DNA of 43,641 bases. Source: Octopus bimaculoides (Eukaryota). Location of the stretch: contig NC_068983.1 of assembly GCF_001194135.2 (NCBI RefSeq), positions 138,620,873 to 138,664,513 of the forward strand, given 5' to 3'. Shown piece by piece: positions 25,231-37,770 of this stretch; position 1 is the stretch's first letter, and each line of letters starts with the position of its first letter. A program made the position numbers and the translations under genes. The notes beneath the pieces are model-generated. The model worked only from the letters and a program-made list of their open reading frames with translations, did not search any database and was not told the origin of the DNA.

Positions 25231-25635
25231 TTTGTTGGTGTTCCCTACCCAGTTTTTGGTTTTAAATTGCGTCCAGCACCTTTATTATTTTATAATTGTC
25301 ATTACTATTTTGTGGAATCAATCACTGATTTTTATGGTAATTTTTATAATACTGAGAGGCGTGAGTTAAATCTCACCACACGTACTGGAGTAAGCATTAG
25401 TGATGAGTAATAATTTGTTAAGCAAAACCCGCATGCTAATCTAATGCAGCTCGCTTGCGGTGGGGTATGTTGTCTCTCCTGTCAGTTCAAAAAGAACAGG
25501 TGACTTTCTGTGGCTAAGGAGATTTTGACTGCTGTTTCTGGGAATGCTGGTAGTCACTGCACACTTGGTCACTTTTAGTGGCAGTAAATTGTTTCCTTTT
25601 GGATTTTAAAATGCGTCCAGCCGCCTTTATTATGT

Positions 25636-25637
<2 letters not shown>

Positions 25638-25728
<91 letters not shown>

Positions 25729-25757
25729 ACACACACACACACGCACACACACACATG
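25638..25757. repeat. Long (CA)n microsatellite
   Basis: Directly visible. Confidence 0.97.
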
Positions 25758-26300
25758 TATACATGTATGAATATCTTTTTATGTCTGTTTATAATTTATG
25801 AATACATATAGGAATACTTACATGGCGGAAGCATTACGCTGCTGAAAATCTTTGCGCAACATGTAGTTCAGAGCATAAAATTTATTTTCTATTGATTTGT
25901 GTTTAATTTGGAAATCAATAAACATAGAAATCAATAAGAAATTCAGCGTGGCATTTCATGACTGTATGTGTGTGTGTGTGTGCGTGTGTGTGTGCGTTTG
26001 TTCGTGTGTGTGTATGTTTGTGTGTATTTTTGTATCCGTATAGTTTTTCAGTAAAAATCCTGCCACCCTGACCGGATGCATAGTAGTGTTATAAAGTCAG
26101 ATCACAGTTTGTTAGTTTGTTGAAGCTCTCCCTTTTTTGCTGTTTTACTCATTGCACTAGATTTCTAGGGTTGTAATAATTTTACTACAGGCGTGGCTCC
26201 AGTACGGTAGAGGATTCGAACACAGAACACATGATCCGAAACAGATGCTTTAGTCTATCTTTTTTGACTCTGTATCACTTTCACTAATTTATTTCTCTAG

Positions 26301-26451
26301 ACTTGTATTTTATTTGTTTTCCTCGAAAAAATGAATGTAACGTTGACCTCGATGGTATTCGATCTCAAATTCCAGAAACTCCGAACAAATGCAGTAAGAA
26401 ACTGTATGCCATCTTTTAAACTGTATGCCATGTCTGCGCCAATTCACTACC
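26301..26451 (-). mobile_element. SINE family B copy (degenerate) with internal 14-bp duplication
   Basis: cctcgaaaaaatgaatgtaacgttgacctcgatggtattcgatctc..ccgaacaaatgc; aaactgtatgccat occurs at 26399 and 26418. Confidence 0.55.
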
Positions 26452-29400
26452 CGTTCTTTTTCTCTAAGATGTACACACATACATAAATGCATACATACAT
26501 ACATACATACCTACATACATAAATACATACATACATTGCATACACACAAGCATATGCATAAACACACACACACTTATATATATATATATTATGCGGTAAT
26601 ATGTATGTGAATCTGTTTACTCTTCAAATTGTGAAATATCGTGTTTTATATTCATATGTTTATGTATATCTCATGAATGTTTATTCTTGTGATAACATAC
26701 TTTATTGAAAAAATAAACAGTTTTGTATTTTATTGCAGTGTATGCATCCCTTTGTTATCCTTGTGGTATATAAATAAAAGATTATCACAATTATTATTAA
26801 TATTTCTTCATTATCATTTTTTCCTCAGAATCATGTAACCACATGTTAAAGCACGTACTAAATATGATCGTCTTTATCAAAATAATCATCTTATAAGAAT
26901 AATAGATTTCTGCTTTATGAATAGAAAAAATAATGATATCAAAGGATCCTTGACTGCTCAGGTTAACAATAATTTGTAAAGATGCTTGTCCTTGTTTTTC
27001 ATTTGTCATGTGAAGTGATATTTTGTGGGACGAAAAATCAATTACGCTTTCACAAGCATTACTAAAATGCTGTTCCATTCTTTATTCAAGGATTATATTG
27101 TTAATGGCTTGTGTGAAGCATGAAAGATTTGCAATGTTTTTTCTGTATATAATGTTGAAGCCACATGCATATTTTCACTTTGAAATTCTCGTTATTAGTT
27201 GTTGTATCTCGTTACTCGATTTTGATACAAAAACACGTTTCTACTTTCACAATATATTTTTCTTGCGTTTATGGAGGTTCGGATAATAAGAGCGAATATC
27301 ATATTTTGGTGTCATTATTTGAAGCCAGAACATGTAAATATAGTTATCAGTTTATGGAGTAATCTATATTGATTACAAAAAAGAAAACAATGAAAATGTC
27401 CTGCAGCCATTAATAGCCCTCGTGTAGTGTGATGAGAAGTAGTCAGTCTATATTGAGTTAGAATGTGCATCCAATATCAGTAGATATTACAAGTTAGACG
27501 CAATTCATTAACAAGGGATAAAATTGTAATCTCAATCTGGTTTGCTTCGGGTTATCAACATTAGTAGCACTTCAAATCAAATGAATAAATAAGAGAAAAG
27601 GAAGAAGATACGGATTAAAAACTGGAAATTAATGTGTAAAATCTCTTTCTAATACAATGATGAAATATAAGGGAATAGACACAAATCTTTTTACATTACT
27701 TAATATGATTTCGTAGTATAGATAGAGCACTATATCTTCTCCTCGCGCGCGCGCGCACACACACACACATACACACATTCATACAATTTATGAGTTAAAG
27801 ATAATAAACTCACTAGTGCTACTGGTGTGAATATGAGCAAATGCATTCTCAGCTATTCAAAATCACATGTATAATATTTTATTCCCCAAAGACGTCATAT
27901 TTATGTATGCATTAATACATTAGATAAAATATATTTCTGTGAGAGATTATATTTTTCGGCTGTCTAAAAAGAATCTTTTTGGTTATGAGCAATTATATTC
28001 CTTTTTCGTTAAATGATATTTATTACTTTAAGGTATTTGGTTTTTGAGAAAGAAATATCTACGCATAATATAATATATTTTCCATCAATTTTTTTACGTT
28101 TCTCCATCTGCAAAGACATATATAATTTCTTTAACTCCTAGTAGAATTTATTATCATTTCAGAGAGTATTAAAATGTAAAACGTTATTACTATATTTATT
28201 TACGACACAAATTCATACATTTATTTATAACTAAAAATATCCTTACATTTTCGCTGTAAACTTTTTACTTTGGATGATTATACCGAAAGCACATAAAAGG
28301 TTTACAGAATGTCCACGTAACCCAGAGAATATATTTAGGTTATGTTTTAATATTATCTTCATTAGACTAAGTAATACGAGTTTCCTTGAAGGGAATGGGT
28401 ATTTGCTATCAAATTCTATAAAAAAATGGCAGAGTTGGTCCGTTGCTCTTTGGGGAAAACATGGTTGAATTCATTTCATACAAGAAAGGATCAATTTAAG
28501 GAATAGAAAAAAAAAACAAACACCATCCAGACTGTTAATAAAATCGAACGGTCTGAGTTTTGCCTTTTCACCTATATAGAACTCTGAAAGTAAGAAATAC
28601 GAAGAAAATTTATCTAGCAACGTGTACAGAAAATTGTAATATAGTTAGAGGCTTCAATATCCTCTTCCAATATTTTTCTAAACAATATCTGTTTTCGGAA
28701 AGTCATAATATTTGCTGTGATTATATAAGTCACTGATTTCCCTGAGATGAGTAACATTTGTTAGTAGATATGTCAAGGCGAAATTCTATATTTATTAGCC
28801 TACAGAGAGCGTTGTAAAAAATCTTAGCTGCTGTTAACTTTTTTGCTTTGGTGTTGACTACTTTAAATTCGGGTTACGACACTTACGTTGTTGTGAGTGT
28901 TGTGAGACAGATACTGTTATTGCGTGGACAATAAAGATTTTTTGATTGCCATGTGCAATGCTTATCTACTTATAATGTTTCCGTCTCTCCCTTTAAGTTG
29001 AGGCAATATAGCATCTCATTATATATGAGAGTAATGGTGCCTGCTTTTGAATATAACTGAAACAACTATCGATACATAATTATGTTAGTATTTATAAAAA
29101 TCAATATTAGTGCTGCGCTCTCTTTCTCAAGGCAGTTTATAAATGAATTAGAAAAACTTTAGTATCGCGGCCGATATATTTGAAATAAGATATAACAAAA
29201 GTGTTACTAAGAACCTCAAGTTTATAAAATGATATAGATTGTATATGATTAACGTAGAAGAGATCAGGTTTCATCATAGATATAAATATATCCTTGCATT
29301 AGCTGAAACAAGCTATTATCGTGTATTGCGTTCATATGAAAGTATGATTAAGTTATTATACTAGACGATTCCTTTTCAGACGGCGAACATATATTCCCAG

Positions 29401-29552
29401 TGAAAAATATACTGGACGAACACTATATTCCCCATAGCAAATTCAGTTTCCTGCTACATGCAATAAATAATAGAACAATTCCACCAATATACTGCTGAAT
29501 ATGTGTACATTTATGCTTACACACACACACACACAGACGTATGTAAGTATGA

Positions 29553-29588
<36 letters not shown>

Positions 29589-29848
29589 NNNNNNNNNNNN
29601 NNNNNNNNNNNNNNNNNNNNNNNNNNNNNNNNNNNNNNNNNNNNNNNNNNNNNNNNNNNNNNNNNNNNNNNNNNNNNNNNNNNNNNNNNNNNNNNNNNNN
29701 NNNNNNNNNNNNNNNNNNNNNNNNNNNNNNNNNNNNNNNNNNNNNNNNNNNNNNNNNNNNNNNNNNNNNNNNNNNNNNNNNNNNNNNNNNNNNNNNNNNN
29801 NNNNNNNNNNNNNNNNNNNNNNNNNNNNNNNNNNNATATATATGTATA

Positions 29849-30234
29849 GTGGAGACGCAATGGCCCAGTGGTTAGGGCAGTGGACTCGCGGTCATAGGAT
29901 CGTGGTTTCTATTCCCAGATCGGGCGTTGTGAGTGTTTATTGAGGAAAAACACCTAAAGCCCCACGAGGCTCCCGCAGGAGATGGTGGCGAACCCTGGTG
30001 TACTCTTTCACCAGAACTTTCTCTCGCTCTTACTTCCTGTTTCTGTTGTGCCTGTAATTCAAAGGGTCAAACTTGTCACACTGTGTCACGCTGAATATCC
30101 CCGAGAACTACGTTAAGGGTACAGTTGTCAGTGGAGTGCGCAGCCACTTGCACGATAATTTCACGAGCAGGCTGTTCCATTAATCGGATCAACTGGAATC
30201 CTCAACGTCGTAAGCGACGGAGTGCCAACAACAA
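29849..30234 (+). mobile_element. SINE family C, near full length
   Basis: GTGGAGACGCAATGGCCCAGTGGTTAGGGCAG (A box) .. GGTTTCTATTCCC (mutated B box) .. ends CGTCGTAAGCGACGGAGTGCCAACAACAA, followed by (CA)n. Colinear with 10118-10495 (-). Confidence 0.9.
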
Positions 30235-30237
30235 TAT

Positions 30238-30303
<66 letters not shown>

Positions 30304-30644
30304 GTATGTATGTATGTCATTGTTCAGTTTTATTTCAAGATTTGCCAATAGAGAAAGAGCCCGTTTCAAACCTAGTCTGCAAGGGTCCTTAACTGGAATT
30401 TCAACATCAACAACAGGGTATTTTTGTATGTACGTATGTATGTATTTATGTATGTATGTATATGTGCAGATTTTTATGTTCTGCTTTATGAATGTATTCT
30501 CATGCATATAGTTGCATATCTAAACATGCTCATATATATATTTAAGTAATAAACCTCTGGAAAGTTTTAGAGATTTTTACAGTTGCAGTGAAGCATTGGA
30601 TCTGTAGTCTTTGAATTAGCTTTCTCCTTTCTGGTTTTGAGAAA

Positions 30645-31318
30645 CCTAATTTCTCAAGATTGGTATTTAGGCGGTGTGTTACATATCCCAGGGCCCCAAG
30701 AATTACATTTATAAACCTGAACTTGTGATCTGGATAGAGTTACTGCAGATGTACTTATATGCACACGTACATAGGTATATCTATATATATATATATTCAA
30801 TTAATAAGAGGAATGACCACTAAAGTAGATTCCTAATATGCTAAAGGTAGACGTCAAATCGCCCCACCACGGAGAGTGTGTTCTCAAGAAAAATCTCAGT
30901 AAGGCGATTTGACGGTTATCTTTAGTATATTAGGAATCCACTTTAGTAGTCATTCCTCTTATTAATTGAATATATATATACATATNNNNNNNNNNNNNNN
31001 NNNNNNNNNNNNNNNNNNNNNNNNNNNNNNNNNNNNNNNNNNNNNNNNNNNNNNNNNNNNNNNNNNNNNNNNNNNNNNNNNNNNNNNNNNNNNNNNNNNN
31101 NNNNNNNNNNNNNNNNNNNNNNNNNNNNNNNNNNNNNNNNNNNNNNNNNNNNNNNNNNNNNNNNNNNNNNNNNNNNNNNNNNNNNNNNNNNNGTACGTGT
31201 GCATATAAGTACATCTGCAGTAACTCTATCCAGATCACAAGTTCAGGTTTATAAATGTAATTCTTGGGGCCCTGGGATATGTAACACACCGCCTAAATAC
31301 CGATCTTGAGAAATTAGG
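30645..31318. mobile_element. Fold-back/MITE-like long inverted repeat
   Basis: The left arm 30645-30863 is the reverse complement of the right arm 30903-31318, which includes an N-gap where the left arm has a TA array. The spacer is 39 nt. The arms differ by scattered substitutions, e.g. aatatgctaaaggtagacg vs aatatactaaagataaccg. Confidence 0.8.
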
Positions 31319-33239
31319 GACATTTTTAGTCTCAGAGTACACAGTATATTATTAGTATTGATACCATCGTCAGTCGGCCGTAGTGTATACAAAATCTGTC
31401 ACGATACTAACAATCATCAGAAACAATATCAGTGGCAAATACTATTCCTTTTTGAGCGAGTTGATTTTGCTGTTTTGTAAAGAATATACGAAAGAGGTTT
31501 TAAGGTTAAAAGAGTGAATATTAAAAAACAAAATAAGCGTGTAACTCCTTGTGTGTGATGATGTACGTGCATATGATAGGTGCGCGTTTACCTGTTCTAG
31601 TATATAATGTGTGTGTGTGTGTGTGTGTGTGTGCGTATATGGGTTTTCTTATAGTATAATTCTTAAGTGCTTGTGGATAGTGAATTGCAGTTAAGGAGAT
31701 GAATGCCGTTGAATGTCAATTGGAGGGACGAGCGTCAGTCGAGGGAACTGGAGATTAATGGTGTATATGTGTATGTGTGTGTGTGTGCAGCGATATGTGT
31801 GCACATGTTTGCAATATAATATGTGTGTGTTCGCCCGCGTGTGCATTGCTATATGTGTATATGCATATCGAATAAGCGTAGGTGTATGCACAATGTGTAT
31901 GCAATGTGCAGGTGTTTCTATAGATATATTGAAATTTTATGTGTGCTTCTGTGCATTTATTGAATAGAGGCTCACTGTGTATGTAGTCATATGAATCTAG
32001 ATAGCTATAAAAAATTGATTCAATGATTTAATCCATGAAGTCGAATTATTCGGTACTGGCAGAAAATCTGTTGTACACCTCGATGTGAAAGATGGGATAT
32101 CCACTCTGAAGAGAAAAACGGGTGTGTGCAGGGATATATGACGGGACAGGAGTGATCCGAGAGTCCTAAATGTTACGTATCCACATTACACGATCAACAT
32201 ATTAACAAGTTATNNNNNNNNNNNNNNNNNNNNNNNNNNNNNNNNNNNNNNNNNNNNNNNNNNNNNNNNNNNNNNNNNNNNNNNNNNNNNNNNNNNNNNN
32301 NNNNNNNNNNNNNNNNNNNNNNNNNNNNNNNNNNNNNNNNNNNNNNNNNNNNNNNNNNNNNNNNNNNNNNNNNNNNNNNNNNNNNNNNNNNNNNNNNNNN
32401 NNNNNNNNNNNNNNNNNNNNNNNNNNNNNNNNNNNNNNNNNNNNNNNNNNNNNNNNNNNNNNNNNNNNNNNNNNNNNNNNNNNNNNNNNNNNNNNNNNNN
32501 NNNNNNNNNNNNNNNNNNNNNNNNNNNNNNNNNNNNNNNNNNNNNNNNNNNNNNNNNNNNNNNNNNNNNNNNNNNNNNNNNNNNNNNNNNNNNNNNNNNN
32601 NNNNNNNNNNNNNNNNNNNNNNNNNNNNNNNNNNNNNNNNNNNNNNNNNNNNNNNNNNNNNNNNNNNNNNNNNNNNNNNNNNNNNNNNNNNNNNNNNNNN
32701 GAGTCCTAAATGTTACGTATCCACATTACACGATCAACATATTAACAAGTTATCTATCCAACTTGGGACGCATTTAACATTAGGCATAGTTGGCATTTTA
32801 TGCAGTAAATAAGGTTTCTGGAGGTCTATGTAGGTACTAAGGTTATAGAAGTATTAATTTTGAAAGGAACGGACAGGTGAAGCAGTGAAATGAGACTACC
32901 AAAGGCCTGTGTTGGCTGTTTTGAGTAAACGATGTGTTGTAGGCAAGAGTGTCACATCAGATTATAGGTCTATATAAGGAGGTCCGACGTAGCTGGATCA
33001 AGCTTCAGAAATGGGAATTTTGATATGGCACGCTGGACAGATTTAATAATGCGGTGGTAGATTAGAGAAAAGGAAAACGATTGTTCAAGGCTCAAACCCT
33101 AGAGATACGTGGAACGCAGGGATGAATGCTTTTGCTGGTAGCGTCGAAGATACGAGACGGAGTTCCTATTGTGTACTAAGATGAGTCATTCTTTCCTCCA
33201 AAGTGAATTTTCATGGATGCGGAGGGGTAGGGATGCTGT

Positions 33240-33430
33240 AGCTATGTTGGTGCCAAGAGTAGTAGATACCGCAGTTGAAGTGGGAATCAAGATATTTCCA
33301 CCAAATAATCGACAGAAAGACGGATGTTTTGAAAAACGTCAGACGTGACAAACGAGGAGGTAGAGCTGGAAAAGTTAAGAAAGGTGACGAACAAATTGAT
33401 CTCTTTGAGCATGAAAGTTTTGAAAACTCC
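33240..33430 (+). mobile_element. Possible RTE LINE C-terminal relic
   Basis: ERRMF*KTSDVTNEEVELEKL..TNKLISLSMK resembles the RTE motif RRMLRISWTDRVTNEEVL..RKLI. Confidence 0.3.
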
Positions 33431-33439
33431 TCTTTTTTT

Positions 33440-34420
33440 TGCAATCGGCCCCCTCTCTCTCATCATCAACTCCGGACCTATTTTGGCTATTTTTTTTTTG
33501 CACTTCAAAACCATGGGAAGAGCATTTTCCGTATAACAAGTTTTTTTTTTAAATTGTTAATATTTTCAGGGAAAAAATGAGTGATTAAAAGGGCAATTTG
33601 GTTCTTGTTTCTAGCACATTCAAAGACAACCCTCCGCGTGTTTCTTCATCACTCTCGCATGCATTGATGCTTTTTTTCAATATTTTCCCTACATAAANNN
33701 NNNNNNNNNNNNNNNNNNNNNNNNNNNNNNNNNNNNNNNNNNNNNNNNNNNNNNNNNNNNNNNNNNNNNNNNNNNNNNNNNNNNNNNNNNNNNNNNNNNN
33801 NNNNNNNNNNNNNNNNNNNNNNNNNNNNNNNNNNNNNNNNNNNNNNNNNNNNNNNNNNNNNNNNNNNNNNNNNNNNNNNNNNNNNNNNNNNNNNNNNNNN
33901 NNNNNNNNNNNNNNNNNNNNNNNNNNNNNNNNNNNNNNNNNNNNNNNNNNNNNNNNNNNNNNNNNNNNNNNNNNNNNNNNNNNNNNNNNNNNNNNNNNNN
34001 NNNNNNNNNNNNNNNNNNNNNNNNNNNNNNNNNNNNNNNNNNNNNNNNNNNNNNNNNNNNNNNNNNNNNNNNNNNNNNNNNNNNNNNNNNNNNNNNNNNN
34101 NNNNNNNNNNNNNNNNNNNNNNNNNNNNNNNNNNNNNNNNNNNNNNNNNNNNNNNNNNNNNNNNNNNNNNNNNNNNNNNNNNNNNNNNNNTGGGAAATGC
34201 TTTTTCTTGCATACGGTTTCGCATGATTCAGGTGGGGGTAAAAATTTAGATTGCAATTTATTTTGCTTTTTTTCTACCAATGAACAACGCGTGGTTTACT
34301 TCGGCATCATCATTCCACAAAATGTGTTTAATGGGAGAAACGAATTGAAAAAACATCATTATATGTGAGAGTGACAAAAGAAGGGTGGTTTGGGTTGTGC
34401 TAAAAAGAACAGCAAAAATT
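33440..34420 (-). mobile_element. Possible decayed Tc1/mariner-superfamily transposase fragments on both sides of a gap
   Basis: The minus strand reads KHILWNDDAEVNH..IMRNRMQEK (like IxWSDEAxF..ENPH) and, beyond the gap, RVVFECA..QIA..HFFPENIN..KMLFP (like KVxVWCA..IIGPxFFxENxN..LxP). The sequence is rich in homopolymers and the match is weak. Confidence 0.25.
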
Positions 34421-34741
34421 CCCTTGAATTGTTTTTTTTTTTTTTTTTTTTTACCGAAAAGTCTCCTTCCCTGGATTTCAAGTTCAAAATGAAAATGGGT
34501 CCGGATAGTTATTATTGTAAGGCTTATAGCGTTCCAAGCAGCCATAACAAAAAAATCACTTTGAATTTTTTTTTACAAATATTATACAGATTAAAAAAAA
34601 AATTAATCTAATAAATAATGTTTTTACATTACCTATACATTAACAGAATGAGCTGTAGGTTTTCCAAATACCGAATTAAAACTTAAAACGAAAATATTAA
34701 AAGACAATGTGAGAGACTTTGCAAATGAAAATTGAATACTC

Positions 34742-34825
34742 CGTAGTGAATGCAATGAATATTTAAATTCGTGAAGAATTGGACGTAGTGAATGCAATGA
34801 ATATTCAAATTTGCGAGAAATTGGA
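34742..34825. repeat. Two-copy 42-bp tandem repeat
   Basis: cgtagtgaatgcaatgaatatttaaattcgtgaagaattgga followed by cgtagtgaatgcaatgaatattcaaatttgcgagaaattgga. Confidence 0.9.
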
Positions 34826-35049
34826 GTTAAAAATTCAATAAACTTGAGAAATCGAAATTGTAAGAAATTTCATAGAACATGAATTTACAAAAATATTTCC
34901 AGACGGTCAACCATTTAATAATTGCTTTCTTTTAGTACGTTTAGTAATTGATACATACGTAATTACTAAGCAGCTTTCTCCATTATAGTGTAGATATATA
35001 TATCTACACACACACACACAGGAACATATATATATATCATGTGTATGTA

Positions 35050-35053
35050 GATC

Positions 35054-35096
<43 letters not shown>

Positions 35097-35246
35097 AACG
35101 TAAAAGACTTTTTCACTTTCTCGAGCGTCAAACTAATACACTTGCTTGTTCTTCATACACTTCTCTTCATATTTTGTTTTTCTAGAAATTTGAACTATAT
35201 ATATACACATATACAGGGATATATAGAGAGAGAGAGAAAGAAAGAG

Positions 35247-35290
<44 letters not shown>

Positions 35291-35295
35291 GGAGG
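35050..35295. repeat. (TA)n and (AG)n microsatellite cluster
   Basis: Directly visible. Confidence 0.85.
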
Positions 35296-35820
35296 GAAAA
35301 GGAAAGTGAGTTTTTGAGAGAACTACATTCGCTCATATATTAAAATTTTTCATCTTGACCTCAGATGCATAGAGACATGCATAGACATATTTGTGTAGTT
35401 TATATGTGATAGTGTATGTGTGTATATGTATCTGTGTAACTAGGTGTGTGCATACACTTATATTCAAGCGCTGTAGTAGATAGAAAGAAAAGACATCGTC
35501 AAGAGAACAGAAAGTGTGAAAATGTATAAAAGAAAGAAAAGGGGGAGAAAAAAAAAAGAAACTAAATGTGCGGGTAAAACGAAAGAACGCAGAGAATTCT
35601 ATCTATCTGCATGAATTTGTATAGATATGTGCACACACAAATATAGGCACACCCAAAATGATACATACAGGCGAGTTCACTTACACTGTTGTGTGTATGT
35701 TATTTGTGTACGTGTGTGTACGTGTAATTTATAGATACGAAGCATGCATATAGTGACATTTATGGTATAACATTCATTCACACACACACATATATGTATG
35801 CACGTACATTTACAAATCCA

Positions 35821-35858
<38 letters not shown>

Positions 35859-37416
35859 NNNNNNNNNNNNNNNNNNNNNNNNNNNNNNNNNNNNNNNNNN
35901 NNNNNNNNNNNNNNNNNNNNNNNNNNNNNNNNNNNNNNNNNNNNNNNNNNNNNNNNNNNNNNNNNNNNNNNNNNNNNNNNNNNNNNNNNNNNNNNNNNNN
36001 NNNNNNNNNNNNNNNNNNNNNNNNNNNNNNNNNNNNNNNNNNNNNNNNNNNNNNNNNNNNNNNNNNNNNNNNNNNNNNNNNNNNNNNNNNNNNNNNNNNN
36101 NNNNNNNNNNNNNNNNNNNNNNNNNNNNNNNNNNNNNNNNNNNNNNNNNNNNNNNNNNNNNNNNNNNNNNNNNNNNNNNNNNNNNNNNNNNNNNNNNNNN
36201 NNNNNNNNNNNNNNNNNNNNNNNNNNNNNNNNNNNNNNNNNNNNNNNNNNNNNNNNNNNNNNNNNNNNNNNNNNNNNNNNNNNNNNNNNNNNNNNNNNNN
36301 NNNNNNNNNNNNNNNNNNNNNNNNNNNNNNNNNNNNNNNNNNNNNNNNNNNNNNNNNNNNNNNNNNNNNNNNNNNNNNNNNNNNNNNNNNNNNNNNNNNN
36401 NNNNNNNNNNNNNNNNNNNNNNNNNNNNNNNNNNNNNNNNNNNNNNNNNNNNNNNNNNNNNNNNNNNNNNNNNNNNNNNNNNNNNNNNNNNNNNNNNNNN
36501 NNNNNNNNNNNNNNNNNNNNNNNNNNNNNNNNNNNNNNNNNNNNNNNNNNNNNNNNNNNNNNNNNNNNNNNNNNNNNNNNNNNNNNNNNNNNNNNNNNNN
36601 NNNNNNNNNNNNNNNNNNNNNNNNNNNNNNNNNNNNNNNNNNNNNNNNNNNNNNNNNNNNNNNNNNNNNNNNNNNNNNNNNNNNNNNNNNNNNNNNNNNN
36701 NNNNNNNNNNNNNNNNNNNNNNNNNNNNNNNNNNNNNNNNNNNNTATATATATATATATATATATATATTATAACGAGATAGAGTAGGTGACATACACAG
36801 ACAGAGAGGGATATAATCCTCCATAAGAAAATACGTACATATATACATCTAAGTAATCTACATTGTAGCACGGAACCTCACTAATAAGTTTGCTGAAATG
36901 TTGAAATTTTCACCCTGAGGTAATAAGAGGTCATATACTTACGAAGTTAAGATCAGTTTGCATACTAAGGTCATGAGATTATTCCGAATTATTATAATAA
37001 TAGTGTTCTCTTACTCCTTCATCTTTATAACAGCCATTGAAATGTAAATGACTGAATATAGATAGATAGATATTTGACCACAACGGAACAGATCTACATT
37101 GGATTCTGCACTTTTTACACATATTGTTGTTAACGAGGGAGTTGCCTTTCAGTGCTTGTTATCCATATGTACATGCACGCACTCGTGCATACGTACATGC
37201 ATGCTTATATACATACATGCGCACATACATACATACATACATACATACATAGCATATTCACACGCAAGTAAGCTCATACTAATACGTGTATATACATAGA
37301 GAATATAACATTAATCAACAGCACCCTCCGGATGAATTCTGCGAAAACTCTCCACATGTTCCTGATTCGAGTCTTTTTTCCACGTCCTTTCTATTTCTGT
37401 TTCCAACAACTCATCG

Positions 37417-37625
37417 TTTCTTCTTCTTCTTCTTCTTCTTCTTCTTCTAATACTGCTGCTGCTGCTGCTGAAGCTTGATTCTCTTCTTACTCCTCCTTTC
37501 TTTTTTCTCCATCTTGTCCTCTTCATCCTCCAACTTTCCTTCTCCTTCATGTTCTTTTTTTTCTTTTTGTTCTTTTTGTTCTTCTTTTTGTTGTTGTTGT
37601 TGTTGCTGTTGTTCTTCTTCTGCTT

Positions 37626-37678
<53 letters not shown>

Positions 37679-37770
37679 GATGCTGCTACTGCTTGCATTT
37701 CTTCCTTCACCTTCTTTTTCTATATATTCCTTTCCTCCTCCATCTCCCCTTGCTCTTCGTCTTCTTCACC
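37417..37770. repeat. Compound trinucleotide and pyrimidine-rich low-complexity tract: (CTT)n, (CTG)n, (TTG)n, (CTA)n
   Basis: Directly visible. The minus-strand polyV/Q/E frame is bounded by TAG codons. Confidence 0.9.

Noticed and set aside
27426-27560. GTGATGA C-box-like motif (possible snoRNA)
   Set aside because: No CTGA D box or terminal stem at a suitable distance.
28872-28907. Short G-T-rich hairpin (possible miRNA)
   Set aside because: The stem is about 15 bp with many wobble pairs, too short and expected in TG-rich sequence.
29849-29925. tRNA-like sequences with A and B boxes (also 10420-10495)
   Set aside because: These are SINE heads. They continue into a shared ~300-bp body and lack a clean cloverleaf.
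10118-30234. Inverted pair of similar SINE C copies as a dsRNA source
   Set aside because: They are ~19 kb apart, and the family is evidently abundant, so closer partners elsewhere are more relevant.
416-30511. Many 60-130 aa ORFs rich in HT, YI, CV or MYVC repeats
   Set aside because: These are translations of (CA)n, (TA)n and (TACA)n microsatellites.
32161-32753. Identical 53-bp sequence on both sides of the 487-N gap
   Set aside because: Perfect identity ending exactly at the contig edge is typical of an unmerged contig overlap. It would need long reads to be considered an LTR or TSD.
34742-34825. Repeat units of CRISPR-like length (also 41686-41787 and 25253-25633)
   Set aside because: Only two or three copies, adjacent or far apart with no regular unique spacers, no cas genes, and a eukaryotic context.
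34619-34918. 99-codon frame interrupted only by four TGA codons (alternative genetic code or selenoprotein idea)
   Set aside because: No recognisable protein, and part of it is a tandem duplication in which one TGA aligns near a CGA, suggesting CpG decay. A few such frames are expected by chance in 44 kb.
37447-37710. PolyV/polyQ/acidic ORF
   Set aside because: It is built from triplet microsatellites, bounded by in-frame TAGs, has no splice support and is flanked by RTE-like relic sequence.
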